Positions 17,389 to 27,153 of a stretch of 41,485 nucleotides of DNA are shown piece by piece. Position 1 is the first letter of the stretch. Every line of letters begins with the position of its first letter. Below the pieces are notes generated by a model. That model saw only the letters and a program-made list of their open reading frames with translations. It ran no database searches and was not told the DNA's origin. The stretch is taken from NCBI GenBank assembly GCA_046296715.1, contig JBKBIN010000010.1:1-41485 (forward strand). Reading direction: 5' to 3'. This DNA is from Candidatus Ratteibacteria bacterium. GTDB lineage: Bacteria; Ratteibacteria; UBA8468; B48-G9; JAFGKM01. Position numbers and translations under genes: made by a program.

Positions 17389-18146
17389 GCGAGAAAATAA
17401 AAGAAAGGTTTTATAGAAGTTTAATTCAAAGGAAGGATTTTTATAAATTTGAAGTTAAAGTTGAACAAACTGATCTTTTAGTCATTGCAAAAAAAAATCT
17501 AAAAAAAGAAATTACTGAAGAAGTTATTAAACAAAGAGAAATTTTAAAGAATTATATCAAACAACACCCTGAATTTCTTTTCTCCTTTTCTCCTGTTATT
17601 GCTAAAAGTGATCAAGAAATTATAAAACTAATGTCTGAAAGTTCTTTTTTAACCAAAACAGGTCCAATGGCTTCAGTTGCTGGCGCAATATCTGAGATAA
17701 TAGGAAAAAAATTTATTTCTTTATCGAATGAAATAATTATAGAAAATGGAGGAGATATCTTTGCTAAAATGAATAGCGACTTTATTGTGGGAATCTATGC
17801 TGGAAAATCTCCTTTTTCAATGAAAATTGGAATAAAATTAAAAAAGAGGGAAATCCCTTATGGAATAGCAACTTCAAGTGGAACAATCGGCCATTCAATC
17901 AGTTTTGGGAAAGCAGATGCTGTTACTGTTATTTCTGCTTCTTCAACTTTTTCAGATGGAGCAGCAACTTATTTCGGGAATTTGGTTAAAGATAGAATAG
18001 ACAAAGACCTCATTATTTCTGAATTAAAAAATTTTATGTTTATTGAAGGGATAGTAATTATTAAAGGAATAGAAATTTTTTTATGGGGTGAGATAGAATT
18101 AATTAATTTAATAAATGAAAGCAAAATTAATAAAAACCAATCATAA
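17385..18146 (+). CDS. UPF0280 family protein (ApbE-like superfamily)
   Basis: GPMASVAGAI, IENGGDI, ATSSGTIGHSISFGKADAV motifs; ATGA overlap with the upstream gene. Confidence 0.85.
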   Translation: MSEKIKERFYRSLIQRKDFYKFEVKVEQTDLLVIAKKNLKKEITEEVIKQREILKNYIKQHPEFLFSFSPVIAKSDQEIIKLMSESSFLTKTGPMASVAGAISEIIGKKFISLSNEIIIENGGDIFAKMNSDFIVGIYAGKSPFSMKIGIKLKKREIPYGIATSSGTIGHSISFGKADAVTVISASSTFSDGAATYFGNLVKDRIDKDLIISELKNFMFIEGIVIIKGIEIFLWGEIELINLINESKINKNQS

Positions 18147-19443
18147 ATTTTAAAATTACAAAAATATAACTAACACTAACTGCAAAAAGATTTGGTAAAA
18201 ACATCAATTTAATCCATCTCTTCCATCCAATTTTTACTCCCTGTGATTCTAAAAATCCATAAGCAACAACATTTGCACTTGCTCCAATCGGAGTAAAATT
18301 TCCTCCCATATCAAGTCCTAAACTTGAACTCCAAATTAATATGGTGAAATGATATGGAATTTGATGATAAATATGTCTTATCAAATAACCTATACTCATT
18401 GCTTCAGGAACATTATCTATAAAAGCACTTGTTGAAACAGAAAACCAGAACAAAAGAGTAGTCATTTTAAAACCATTTTCAAATTGTTTATTTAAAGATG
18501 AAGATAGAATTTTTATGAGCCCAGTTTTTTCAAGAGAGCCAACAATAATAAAAAGGGAGATAAAAAATAAAAGTGTTTCAATATCTATTTCTCTCAACAA
18601 ATTTTTAAGTTTTACATTAGAACCTTTTTGAAAAAGAATAAAAAATGATGGGAGTAAACTACAAATTCCTATACTCAGAGGAAAAATTTTTTTTATAATA
18701 TCTCTGAAAATTAAAAGAAAAACTATACTTAAAAGACCAAATATTCCATATTTTGCTAATAATCTATCTTCAATTGCTTCTTCTGGCACAATTTTTTCAA
18801 AAATCCTTTTATCTATGGTTTCTCTTATTTTTATAAGTTTATTCTTCTGGTTTATATAAAAAACAGATAATGCAGCCAAACCCGAAAAAAAAGAAATTAT
18901 ATAATTGTGAATAAAAAAATTTGTAAATCCGAGATTAAACATTGAACCTAAAATCACATTCGGCGGATCTCCCATTAATGTTCCAGAACCTCCTACATTT
19001 GCAAGACAAACTTCTGCAACTATCAATGGGATAGGGTCAATTTTTATCAATCTGCACAAAGTGTATGTTAATGGAGCAAGAAAAGTTAAAACTGTTATTG
19101 AATCAACAAAACCAGATAAAAACCATGATAATATAGGAAAGAAAAAAAAGATTTTCAACGGATCGTAATTAAATTTTTTTATAACTTTCAAAGAGAGATA
19201 GTTAAAAAATCCTGAAATTTCAATAATTTTAACAACAATGAAAATTCCAAATAAGAAAGAAATCGTATCCCAATCAACAAAATTATGTATTTCTTCAAAA
19301 TCAAAAATTCTTAATAATACTAAAAGAAGAACACCTGCGATAGAAACATATACTTTCGGAGTTTTTTCAACTGCTATAAAAAAATATGTACAAACAAAAA
19401 TTATCAAACTTATTATTGCTTTATTATCCATATTAACATCCAA
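18127..19443 (-). CDS. ArsB/NhaD (CitMHS/IT superfamily) ion transporter
   Basis: VDWDTI, ANVGGSGTLMGDPPN, SAFIDNVP, GGNFTPIGASANVV motifs; the start may be the second Met (19431). Confidence 0.88.
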   Translation of the reverse strand: MDVNMDNKAIISLIIFVCTYFFIAVEKTPKVYVSIAGVLLLVLLRIFDFEEIHNFVDWDTISFLFGIFIVVKIIEISGFFNYLSLKVIKKFNYDPLKIFFFFPILSWFLSGFVDSITVLTFLAPLTYTLCRLIKIDPIPLIVAEVCLANVGGSGTLMGDPPNVILGSMFNLGFTNFFIHNYIISFFSGLAALSVFYINQKNKLIKIRETIDKRIFEKIVPEEAIEDRLLAKYGIFGLLSIVFLLIFRDIIKKIFPLSIGICSLLPSFFILFQKGSNVKLKNLLREIDIETLLFFISLFIIVGSLEKTGLIKILSSSLNKQFENGFKMTTLLFWFSVSTSAFIDNVPEAMSIGYLIRHIYHQIPYHFTILIWSSSLGLDMGGNFTPIGASANVVAYGFLESQGVKIGWKRWIKLMFLPNLFAVSVSYIFVILKFMIGFY

Positions 19444-19885
19444 GTGCTTTTAAAATGTTATTCCTTCTAATGAAACCTGTCGGACTTCCTTTTTCATCAA
19501 TCACAATAAGACAACCAATATTATGTTTTCTCATAAGAATTAGTGCTTTTAAAACTGAACTGTTTTCATCAATTTTTATAACTTCTTTATTCATTACATC
19601 CTCTGCAATAAGGAGAGAACTTACACACTCAACAGTTCCAATAATTTCTGAGAATGCATCAACAAAAAAAGGAAATTTTTCTAACAATTCTACTTCTTTT
19701 TTAGATAAAATTAAATTCTCAAGTATATCTTCAATACTCACAATTCCACAGAGGATCCCATTTTCATCAACAACAGGGATAATATTATAATGAGAATCTG
19801 AGAAAATTTTTAAAATTTCGCTTAAATTTGTTTTTTTGTTCACAATACTAATCTTTTTATCCATATAATCTTTCACTTTTTTCAT
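19433..19885 (-). CDS. CBS-domain pair protein
   Basis: VKDYM, IPVVDENG.L.GIVS..DIL, AEDVM, LIVID motifs. Confidence 0.9.
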   Translation of the reverse strand: MKKVKDYMDKKISIVNKKTNLSEILKIFSDSHYNIIPVVDENGILCGIVSIEDILENLILSKKEVELLEKFPFFVDAFSEIIGTVECVSSLLIAEDVMNKEVIKIDENSSVLKALILMRKHNIGCLIVIDEKGSPTGFIRRNNILKALGC

Positions 19886-19956
19886 TTTCTTTTCCCTTTT
19901 TTATTTTTTTGTAATATAATTAAATAGTTGTTTTAGTTTTTGATAGTATATAATAT

Positions 19957-19984
19957 TTGACAATTTTTGTAAAAAAATTATAAT
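19957..19984 (+). promoter_or_regulatory. rpsB promoter
   Basis: TTGACA (19957-19962), 16 bp spacer, TATAAT (19979-19984); AAGGAG RBS follows. Confidence 0.7.
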
Positions 19985-20009
19985 AATTTTCTTATTAGAA
20001 AGGAGAAAA

Positions 20010-20759
20010 ATGGAAATAACAATAAAAGAACTACTGGAAGCAGGAGTTTATTTTGGACATCCTACGAGACAATTTGATCCAAGAATTAGACCCTATCTTT
20101 ATGGCAAAAGGCAAGGAATTTATATAATAGATATTGAAAAAACCATAGAAAAAATTAAAGAAAGTGGAGAATTTTTAAAAAAAATTGCCCAACAAAATAA
20201 AAAAATTCTATTTGTTGGAACAAAAAAACAGGCACAGACAGTGGTAAAAGAAATTGCAGAAAGATGTAAAATGCCTTATGTAAATTACAGATGGGTTGGT
20301 GGAACTTTAACAAATTTTAAAGAAATAAGAAAAAGAATAGAAAGGTTAGAAGAAATAGAAAAACTTGAATCTTCCGGAAAGATAAATCTTTATACAAAAA
20401 AGGAAATACAATTGTTACAAAAGGAAAAAGAGGATTTAAAAAAGAAATTTGAAGGAATTAGAAATATGACTGATTATCCTGCTGCAGTTGTAATTGTTGA
20501 TGTAAAAAGAGAAATCAATGCAATTAAAGAATGCAGAAAATTAAATATTCCAACTGTTGGAATAGTAGACACAAATGGAAATCCTGAAATTGTTGATTAT
20601 CCTATCCCTGCAAATGATGACGGATTAAAGTCAATTCAAACAGTTCTTCAAAAACTCGCAGACTATATTTGTGAAGGATTACAAGAGATAGGATATATTC
20701 AAGATGTTCCAAAAGAGGAAGAAAATAAAATTACTACAGAAGAAAAGGAGAAAAAATGA
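20010..20759 (+). CDS. rpsB: 30S ribosomal protein S2
   Basis: LLEAGVYFGH, FVGTKKQA, RWVGGTLTN, VDTN..P, IPANDD motifs. Confidence 0.98.
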   Translation: MEITIKELLEAGVYFGHPTRQFDPRIRPYLYGKRQGIYIIDIEKTIEKIKESGEFLKKIAQQNKKILFVGTKKQAQTVVKEIAERCKMPYVNYRWVGGTLTNFKEIRKRIERLEEIEKLESSGKINLYTKKEIQLLQKEKEDLKKKFEGIRNMTDYPAAVVIVDVKREINAIKECRKLNIPTVGIVDTNGNPEIVDYPIPANDDGLKSIQTVLQKLADYICEGLQEIGYIQDVPKEEENKITTEEKEKK

Positions 20760-21343
20760 AAATAGATCCAGAAAAAATTAAAAATTTAAGAGAAAAAACA
20801 GGTTTAAGCATAATGGAATGCAAAAAAGCAATTGAGGAAACGAATGGAGATGTAGAGAAAGCACTTGAAATACTTAAAAAAAGAGGAATTGAGATTTCAG
20901 AAAAAAAGATAGAAAAAGAAGCAAAAGAAGGATTAGTTGGCTGCTATATCCATACAAATGGCAGAGTTGGAGTTTTAATTGAAGTAAATTGTGAATCTGA
21001 TTTTGTAGCAAGAAATAGTGAATTTAAAGAACTTGTAAAAAATCTATGTCTTCAAATTGCTGCAATGAAACCAAAATGGATAGATATCAATTCAATACCT
21101 GAGGATATTCTAAAAGAGAAAATAGATGAAATAAAGGAACAATTTAAAGATAAACCGGACAATATTCTTGATAAAATAGTTGAAGGGAAATTACAAGATT
21201 TTTATAAAGAGAATGTTCTTCTAAAACAGCAATTTATAAAAGAGGAAGAGATAACAGTAGAAGAATACATAAAATCAAAAATAGCAAAATTAGGAGAAAA
21301 TATAAAAGTTAAAAGATTTGTAAGATTTGAAATAGGAGAATAA
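20756..21343 (+). CDS. tsf: Elongation factor Ts (short form)
   Basis: LREKTG..IMECKKA, EVNCESDFVA, GENIKVKRFVRF; follows rpsB. Confidence 0.97.
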   Translation: MKIDPEKIKNLREKTGLSIMECKKAIEETNGDVEKALEILKKRGIEISEKKIEKEAKEGLVGCYIHTNGRVGVLIEVNCESDFVARNSEFKELVKNLCLQIAAMKPKWIDINSIPEDILKEKIDEIKEQFKDKPDNILDKIVEGKLQDFYKENVLLKQQFIKEEEITVEEYIKSKIAKLGENIKVKRFVRFEIGE

Positions 21344-21367
21344 AATAAAAAATAAGAGGAGGGAATT

Positions 21368-21646
21368 ATGGAATTTGAAGTTGGATATATGACGGCGCTT
21401 GTGATAGTTGGGATAAGTTTCTTAGGGTTTTTCTTATCTATGATGGTTGATGAGGTAAATAGGAGAAAAGCAGTTATAATTTTTATCTTATCTTTGATTC
21501 TCTTTGGATTGGGAGTTTATTATTACTATGTAGTTGGTTTATGGCAAAGAAAAAATGGTGGAGATTCAGTGAACAAACTTAACTACTATTTATATTTATA
21601 TAGACCTACAACAACAATACCTGAAATAAATTTACCAGAAAATTAA
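21368..21646 (+). CDS. Small hypothetical membrane protein (2 TM)
   Basis: Strong AGGAGG RBS; two hydrophobic helices. Confidence 0.75.
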   Translation: MEFEVGYMTALVIVGISFLGFFLSMMVDEVNRRKAVIIFILSLILFGLGVYYYYVVGLWQRKNGGDSVNKLNYYLYLYRPTTTIPEINLPEN

Positions 21647-21652
21647 TTTTAA

Positions 21653-23500
21653 ATGAATTATAAAAAAAAATTGAAATTTTTTTTATTTTACTTTTTTTTC
21701 TATCTTTTCCTTTATTGTGATGAAAATGCTTATTTGATCGATTTTGCTTCTGTTAAACTTAATCCAAATTATACAAAAGAAACATTTGTACATCAAAAAA
21801 TTGAAATTGGAAATGAAAAAGGGAAAAAATTTGGTCATCTTCAAATCCCTTTTGATTCAGAAAGAGAAAAAGTTAAATTTATTGAAGGGCAAACAATATT
21901 ACCTAATGGAAAAAAAATAAAAATAACTCCGAATGATATAAAAATAGTTACACCAGCAGAGTTTACAGAATATTCATCTCTCTATCCAGGATTTAAAGTA
22001 ATGAGTATAAATTTCCCAGGTATTGAAATTGGAAGTATTATTGAATACAAGTATATAATTTACACTTTTAAACCTCTAATAGAAAAACATTTCTGGGATG
22101 GTTTTTATTTCCAATCTACAGAGGATTTTCTTTTTTCAAGATATGAATTAAAAATTCCAAAAAAAATTAAACTTCAAATATATGAAAAAGATATTAGTCT
22201 TTTGGAAAAAAAAGAAAGTTTTGATTACATAACTTATATATGGGAAAAGAAAAATGTTCCTTCCATTATTGAAGAAATATTAATGCCACCTTTAAGTGAG
22301 ATTGTTCCAAAAGTTTATGTTTCCACATTTTCATCATGGGAAGAAATCGGAAAATGGTTTTTTGAATTATCAAAAGTAGATAAGAATAAAGAAAAAGAAA
22401 TTGGGAAAGTTGTTGAAGAACTTATAAAAGACAAAAAAACAGAAGAAGAAAAAATTATATCAATTTATAACTATGTATGTTCAAATATTAGATATGTAGG
22501 ACTTGAAATGGGGATACACGGATATAAACCACATCAACCTGAAGAAGTTTTAAAAGCAAAATATGGTGACTGTAAAGACAAAGCAAATCTAATTAGAAGG
22601 ATGCTTGAAATAGCAGGAATAAAATCATATATAACACTTGTAAATACAGAAAGAAAGGTAGAAAAAGAAATTCCTTTCCCTGGGCAATTTAATCATGCAA
22701 TAATTGCTATTTTAAAAAATAATTCTTATATATTTCTTGATCCAACAGTAGAAGTTATGAGATATCCTTACTTACCACCATATCTTGAGGGCAAATATTC
22801 ACTTATATGTAGTGAAAATCCTGAATTAAAAGAAATACCTGTTTCAAATCAAGAAAAAAATTCAAGAAAAAGAATAATTAATGCGATTATAGACAAAAAT
22901 GGCAATTTGACAGCAGAAGTTACTGTTTTACCTTCTGGAATTTTTGAAGCAAATTTAAGAAATTCGTTCAGATATTTAAAACAGGTTGAAAGAGAAAGAA
23001 ATTTAGTTAAAGAATTAAATTCAATTCTTCCAGGAACAAAGTTAATCTATTTAGAATTGAATGGACTTGAAACATTAGAAAAACAATTAATAGAGAAGTA
23101 TAAGTTTTTAACAAATAATTATGGGATCAAAGTGGGGAATAAAATTATTTTTCAGCCAATTCTTATAGATAAGTTGACAGATCTATCAATTGTTTCTCTT
23201 GATGAAAGAAAATATCCTTTAAGATTAAATTCAAATTACAAAAAAGAAGAAATAATTAATTACAAACTCCCTGAGAAAATAGAAATAGAAGCATTACCTG
23301 ATTCTATTAGAATTGAACAAGAATTTGGAAAATTTTATTTAGATTTTCAAAAAACAGATTCTGGTTTAAAATGTATAAGGACTTTTGAGATAAATAGATT
23401 AGAAATAGACCCTATCGATTACCACAAGTTTAAAGAATTTTATAAGAAAATTTCTTATCTTGATAAACTTCCTGTAATTTTGAATATAAAAGAAGAGTAA
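21653..23500 (+). CDS. DUF3857 plus transglutaminase-like domain exported protein
   Basis: Signal-like N-terminus; GSIIEYKY, IRYVG, Cys-His-Asp motifs GDCKDKA / FNHAI / FLDPT. Confidence 0.85.
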   Translation: MNYKKKLKFFLFYFFFYLFLYCDENAYLIDFASVKLNPNYTKETFVHQKIEIGNEKGKKFGHLQIPFDSEREKVKFIEGQTILPNGKKIKITPNDIKIVTPAEFTEYSSLYPGFKVMSINFPGIEIGSIIEYKYIIYTFKPLIEKHFWDGFYFQSTEDFLFSRYELKIPKKIKLQIYEKDISLLEKKESFDYITYIWEKKNVPSIIEEILMPPLSEIVPKVYVSTFSSWEEIGKWFFELSKVDKNKEKEIGKVVEELIKDKKTEEEKIISIYNYVCSNIRYVGLEMGIHGYKPHQPEEVLKAKYGDCKDKANLIRRMLEIAGIKSYITLVNTERKVEKEIPFPGQFNHAIIAILKNNSYIFLDPTVEVMRYPYLPPYLEGKYSLICSENPELKEIPVSNQEKNSRKRIINAIIDKNGNLTAEVTVLPSGIFEANLRNSFRYLKQVERERNLVKELNSILPGTKLIYLELNGLETLEKQLIEKYKFLTNNYGIKVGNKIIFQPILIDKLTDLSIVSLDERKYPLRLNSNYKKEEIINYKLPEKIEIEALPDSIRIEQEFGKFYLDFQKTDSGLKCIRTFEINRLEIDPIDYHKFKEFYKKISYLDKLPVILNIKEE

Positions 23501-23502
23501 GT

Positions 23503-23769
23503 TTATTTTTCTTTAATCACTTTGGATGGTTTAAAAAATATTTTTGTTCTTTCTGGAACGATAATTTCTTCGTTTGTCTTTGGATTTCTTGCTTTTTTTT
23601 CTTTCATTTTTTTAAAATAAAAAACTCCAAAACCTCTAAGTTCAACTCTTTCTTCATTTTTAAAAGTTTCTTTCATTAGATTTAAAAATTCTTCAATAAC
23701 AATTTTAACAATTGTTTTATTTAAACCAGTACTTTCTGATATTTTCTCTATTATATCTCTCTTTATCAT
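23503..23769 (-). CDS. HU/IHF family DNA-binding protein
   Basis: VELRGFGVF, ARNPKT, FKPS motifs. True start is ATG 23769 (AAGGA RBS); the longer ORF-track start runs into the tRNA. Confidence 0.92.
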   Translation of the reverse strand: MIKRDIIEKISESTGLNKTIVKIVIEEFLNLMKETFKNEERVELRGFGVFYFKKMKEKKARNPKTNEEIIVPERTKIFFKPSKVIKEK

Positions 23770-23786
23770 ACTAAATCCTTGAAATT

Positions 23787-23873
23787 TGCCGGAGGAGGGA
23801 GTCGAACCCTCACGGAGTTTCAAGCTCCACCGGATTTTGAGTCCGGCGCGTCTGCCAATTCCACCACTCCGGC
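23787..23873 (-). tRNA. tRNA-Leu (CAA)
   Basis: GCCGGAG/CTCCGGC acceptor stem, TGGTGGAATTGGCAGAC D-arm, CCGGA-CTCAAAA-TCCGG anticodon arm, long variable arm, GGTTCGACT; no encoded CCA. Confidence 0.97.
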
Positions 23874-23882
23874 TTTTGTTTT

Positions 23883-23910
23883 ATTATACTTAAAATAAAT
23901 TAAAAATCAA
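23883..23910 (-). promoter_or_regulatory. Promoter for tRNA-Leu and HU
   Basis: Minus strand TTGATT (23910-23905), 16 bp spacer, TATAAT (23888-23883). Confidence 0.6.
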
Positions 23911-23927
23911 ATAAATTGCTAAAATTG

Positions 23928-23956
23928 TTGACTTTTTTAGTGTTAAAAGGTAAATT
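23928..23956 (+). promoter_or_regulatory. thrC operon promoter
   Basis: TTGACT (23928-23933), 17 bp spacer, TAAATT (23951-23956); ATG follows 7 nt later. Confidence 0.55.
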
Positions 23957-23963
23957 TATAAAA

Positions 23964-25319
23964 ATGGGAAGAATTCTTTATAGAAGTACAAATAGAAAAT
24001 CAGAATTAGTAACTTTCAAAGAGGCAGTTTTAAAAGGGCAACCATCTGATTACGGACTTTTCATGCCTTTAGAAATACCTACGATCAAAAAAAATGAAAT
24101 AGATTCGTTTAAAAATAAACAATATTATGAAATTGCTTTTTCTGTTCTTTCTAAATTTCTTGAAGATGATATAGAACTTGAAAATCTCTTTGAAATAATT
24201 AAAAATGCATATAATTTTGAAGTTCCTTTATCAAATATTGATAAGAATTTATATATTCTTTATTTAGATAGAGGTCCAACATTTTCTTTTAAAGATTTTG
24301 CAGCAAGATTTATGGCAGGAGTAATGGAATATTATGCAAAACAAGAAAATATAAATTTAACAGTTCTTGTTGCTACTTCAGGAGATACAGGTGGAGCAAT
24401 AGCAAATGCTTTTTACGGAAAAGAAAATATAAAAGTTGTTATTCTTTTCCCTAAGGATGAAATAACAGAAATTCAAAGAAAACAAATGACAACGCTTGGT
24501 AAAAATATAATATCAATTGCCTTAAAAGGTAAATTTGATGATTGTCAGAATTTGGTTAAGATTGCTTTTAATGACTCAGATTTAAAAAATTTAACTTCAG
24601 CAAATTCAATAAATATATCAAGATTACTGCCTCAAAGTATCTATTATTTTTATGCTTTTTCAAGATTAAATTATGAAAAAATTTGTTTCTCAGTCCCCTC
24701 TGGAAATTTTGGCAATTTAATGGGTGGAGTTATCGCTAAAAAAATGGGATTACCTGTTGGAAAATTTATAGTCGCTGTAAACGAAAATGATGAATTCCCT
24801 AATTTTTTAAAAACTGGGCAATATAAACCCGTAATTCCTTCAAAAAAATGTAGTTCAAATGCAATGAATGTAGGACATCCAAGTAATCTTGCTCGTTTAA
24901 TTGATTTATATGGTGGATGGCTTTATGATGAAAGAGATAAAGATGGAAAAATCATAAAGTATGGAATCTTAAAAGAAAAACCAGATATGGAAAGATTGAA
25001 AAATGACTTTATTTCATTTTCTATTACAGACAAAGAAACAAATGAAACAATAAAAAAGTATTATAAAAAATATAGAATTATTCTTGATCCGCATGGTGCT
25101 GTTGGAATCTGTGCTTATGAAAAAGCAAGTTTAAATTGTCCTGTAATTTCTATTGAAACTGCTCATCCTGGTAAATTTCCGGAAACAATAAAAAAAATAC
25201 TTGGATTTGAACCTGAAATACCTGAGGACTTGAAAAATTTGATTTTAAAACAAGAAAATTATAATATTCTTGAAAATAGTTATGAAAAATTAAAAGATTT
25301 TCTTATGGAGTTAAAATGA
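23964..25319 (+). CDS. thrC: Threonine synthase
   Basis: YRSTN, GPTFSFKDF (PLP Lys), ATSGDTG, SANSINISRL, VPSGNFGN, DPHGAVG, TAHPGKF motifs; likely start ATG 23964. Confidence 0.95.
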   Translation: MGRILYRSTNRKSELVTFKEAVLKGQPSDYGLFMPLEIPTIKKNEIDSFKNKQYYEIAFSVLSKFLEDDIELENLFEIIKNAYNFEVPLSNIDKNLYILYLDRGPTFSFKDFAARFMAGVMEYYAKQENINLTVLVATSGDTGGAIANAFYGKENIKVVILFPKDEITEIQRKQMTTLGKNIISIALKGKFDDCQNLVKIAFNDSDLKNLTSANSINISRLLPQSIYYFYAFSRLNYEKICFSVPSGNFGNLMGGVIAKKMGLPVGKFIVAVNENDEFPNFLKTGQYKPVIPSKKCSSNAMNVGHPSNLARLIDLYGGWLYDERDKDGKIIKYGILKEKPDMERLKNDFISFSITDKETNETIKKYYKKYRIILDPHGAVGICAYEKASLNCPVISIETAHPGKFPETIKKILGFEPEIPEDLKNLILKQENYNILENSYEKLKDFLMELK

Positions 25320-26530
25320 AATACAAATATATAGTTTTAATTATGGATGGAGCAGCTGATTTACCAGTTGAAGAATTAAATAATAAGACACCTTTACAAG
25401 TGGCTTATAAACCAAATATAGATTATTTAACAAAAATTGGTTGTGCTGGGATGCTTAAGACAATTCCAGATAACTTTATTACAGATTCAGGAGTTGCAAA
25501 TCTTTCTATACTTGGTTATGATCCTGAAAAAGTTTATACTGGTAGAGGTGTTCTTGAAGCATACTCAAATGGAATTGAAATTAAAGAAAATGAAATTGCT
25601 TTCAGATGTAATCTTATAAGTGTTGTTGAAGGAAGAATTAAAAGTTATTCAGCTGGTTATATTTCAAAAGAAGAAAGTTCTGAATTGATTAATTTCCTAA
25701 ATAAAAAATTAGGTAATGAAAAGGTTAAATTCTATTCAGGTTCAGGTTTTAAAAATATCTTGATTTTAAAAAATGATTTTTCAGAAGATATAAAATGTTA
25801 TCCTCCACATGACTATCAAGGTTATGAAATAGAAAAAATTATGATTGAAGGAAAAACAGAAAAAGGAGAAAAAACAGCAAAATTTTTAAATAATCTAATA
25901 ATTGAATCAAATAAATATCTTGAAAATCATCCTATAAATTTAAAAAGAGAAAGAGAAGGGAAAGAAAAAGCAAATTATATTTGGCCCTGGTCTCCTGGTA
26001 GAAAACCAAAATTAAAAAATTTTTACGAAAGATTTAAGATTAAAGGGGCTGTTATTTCAGGAGTAGATTTAATTAAAGGGATAGGAAAGATGATTGGGTT
26101 TGAAGTTATAAATGTTCCAGGAGCAACAGGTCTATGGAATACAAATTATGAAGGGAAAGCGAAATATGCAATTGAAGCTTTGAAAAATTTTGATTTTGTT
26201 TATGTTCATGTTGAAGGAATTGATGAAGCAAGTCATGACGGTAACCTTGAATTAAAAATAAAGTGTATTGAAGATTTTGATAGAAGATTAGTTAGAATTA
26301 TCCTTGACAATATAGATTTAAAATATCATTGTATTTCAGTTCTTACTGACCACTATACACCTGTAAAACTTAAAATGCATCAAAAAGGGAGTGTCCCTTT
26401 TTTAATATATTCCCCAGAGGAAAAATCAGATAAGGTAGAAAAGTTTGACGAGGAAAGTTGTAAATTTGGGAAATATGGTTGTCTTGAGAAAGATCAATTT
26501 ATTAAAATATTTTTAAAACAATGTATATAA
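25316..26530 (+). CDS. Cofactor-independent phosphoglycerate mutase-like protein (ApgM family; thrC-linked 'proposed homoserine kinase' subgroup)
   Basis: DGAAD, KTPLQ.A.KP..D, S.VANLSILGYDP, TGRG.LEA, AFRCN, HVEGIDEASHDG, DHYTP motifs; coupled to thrC. Confidence 0.85.
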   Translation: MKYKYIVLIMDGAADLPVEELNNKTPLQVAYKPNIDYLTKIGCAGMLKTIPDNFITDSGVANLSILGYDPEKVYTGRGVLEAYSNGIEIKENEIAFRCNLISVVEGRIKSYSAGYISKEESSELINFLNKKLGNEKVKFYSGSGFKNILILKNDFSEDIKCYPPHDYQGYEIEKIMIEGKTEKGEKTAKFLNNLIIESNKYLENHPINLKREREGKEKANYIWPWSPGRKPKLKNFYERFKIKGAVISGVDLIKGIGKMIGFEVINVPGATGLWNTNYEGKAKYAIEALKNFDFVYVHVEGIDEASHDGNLELKIKCIEDFDRRLVRIILDNIDLKYHCISVLTDHYTPVKLKMHQKGSVPFLIYSPEEKSDKVEKFDEESCKFGKYGCLEKDQFIKIFLKQCI

Positions 26531-27153
26531 TTATTATTGGATGTGGAAAAATTGGTGCTTATTTAGCAAAATTATTAGATAAAGACCACAATGTTGTTGT
26601 TATTGATAAAGAAGAAAAAAGTTTTGATAAATTAGGAGATTTTAATGGTTCTATTTTTATTGGAGATGGACTTGATATAGATGTTCTTAAAGAAGCAGGT
26701 ATAGAAAAAGCAGATGCAATAGCAGTTGTAACAAGTAATGACAATGCAAATATAGTAATTGGACAGATAGCCAAAAAAAAGTTCAATATATCAAAGACGA
26801 TTATCAGAATATCAGATCCTGAGAAAGAAGAAATTTGTAAATACCTTGGTATTGAAACTATAAATACTACTTCCATTATTGCATCACTTTTAAAAGATGG
26901 ATTAAGTAAAAAAGTTGCTATAAAATATCTAATAGAAAATGATGACCTTGCAATTGTTGAAATTGAAAGTGAAATTTACACAAATAAAAAAATTAATGAG
27001 ATAAAAAGAGAAGAATTAATACCAATTACTGTAATTAGAAATAATAGAAGTATTTTACCAGATGATAATTTGATAATTGAAAAAGGTGATATAATTATAG
27101 GTATAACAAGAAAAAATCTTTTGAATAAAATGAAAGGAATTTTAAAACTATGA
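26521..27153 (+). CDS. trkA: TrkA/KtrA-type RCK potassium uptake regulatory subunit
   Basis: IIGCGKIG Rossmann motif; GDG...VL.EAGIEKAD; TrkA_C-like tail. Confidence 0.88.
   Translation: MYIIIIGCGKIGAYLAKLLDKDHNVVVIDKEEKSFDKLGDFNGSIFIGDGLDIDVLKEAGIEKADAIAVVTSNDNANIVIGQIAKKKFNISKTIIRISDPEKEEICKYLGIETINTTSIIASLLKDGLSKKVAIKYLIENDDLAIVEIESEIYTNKKINEIKREELIPITVIRNNRSILPDDNLIIEKGDIIIGITRKNLLNKMKGILKL

Noticed and set aside
20756..21343. Short 195-aa EF-Ts as a possible truncation
   Set aside because: The short EF-Ts form is known in several phyla, and both the N- and C-terminal motifs are intact.
23770..23823. N-terminal extension of the HU ORF (MKLREGSTPSSG...)
   Set aside because: It reads through tRNA-Leu; the real start is ATG 23769.
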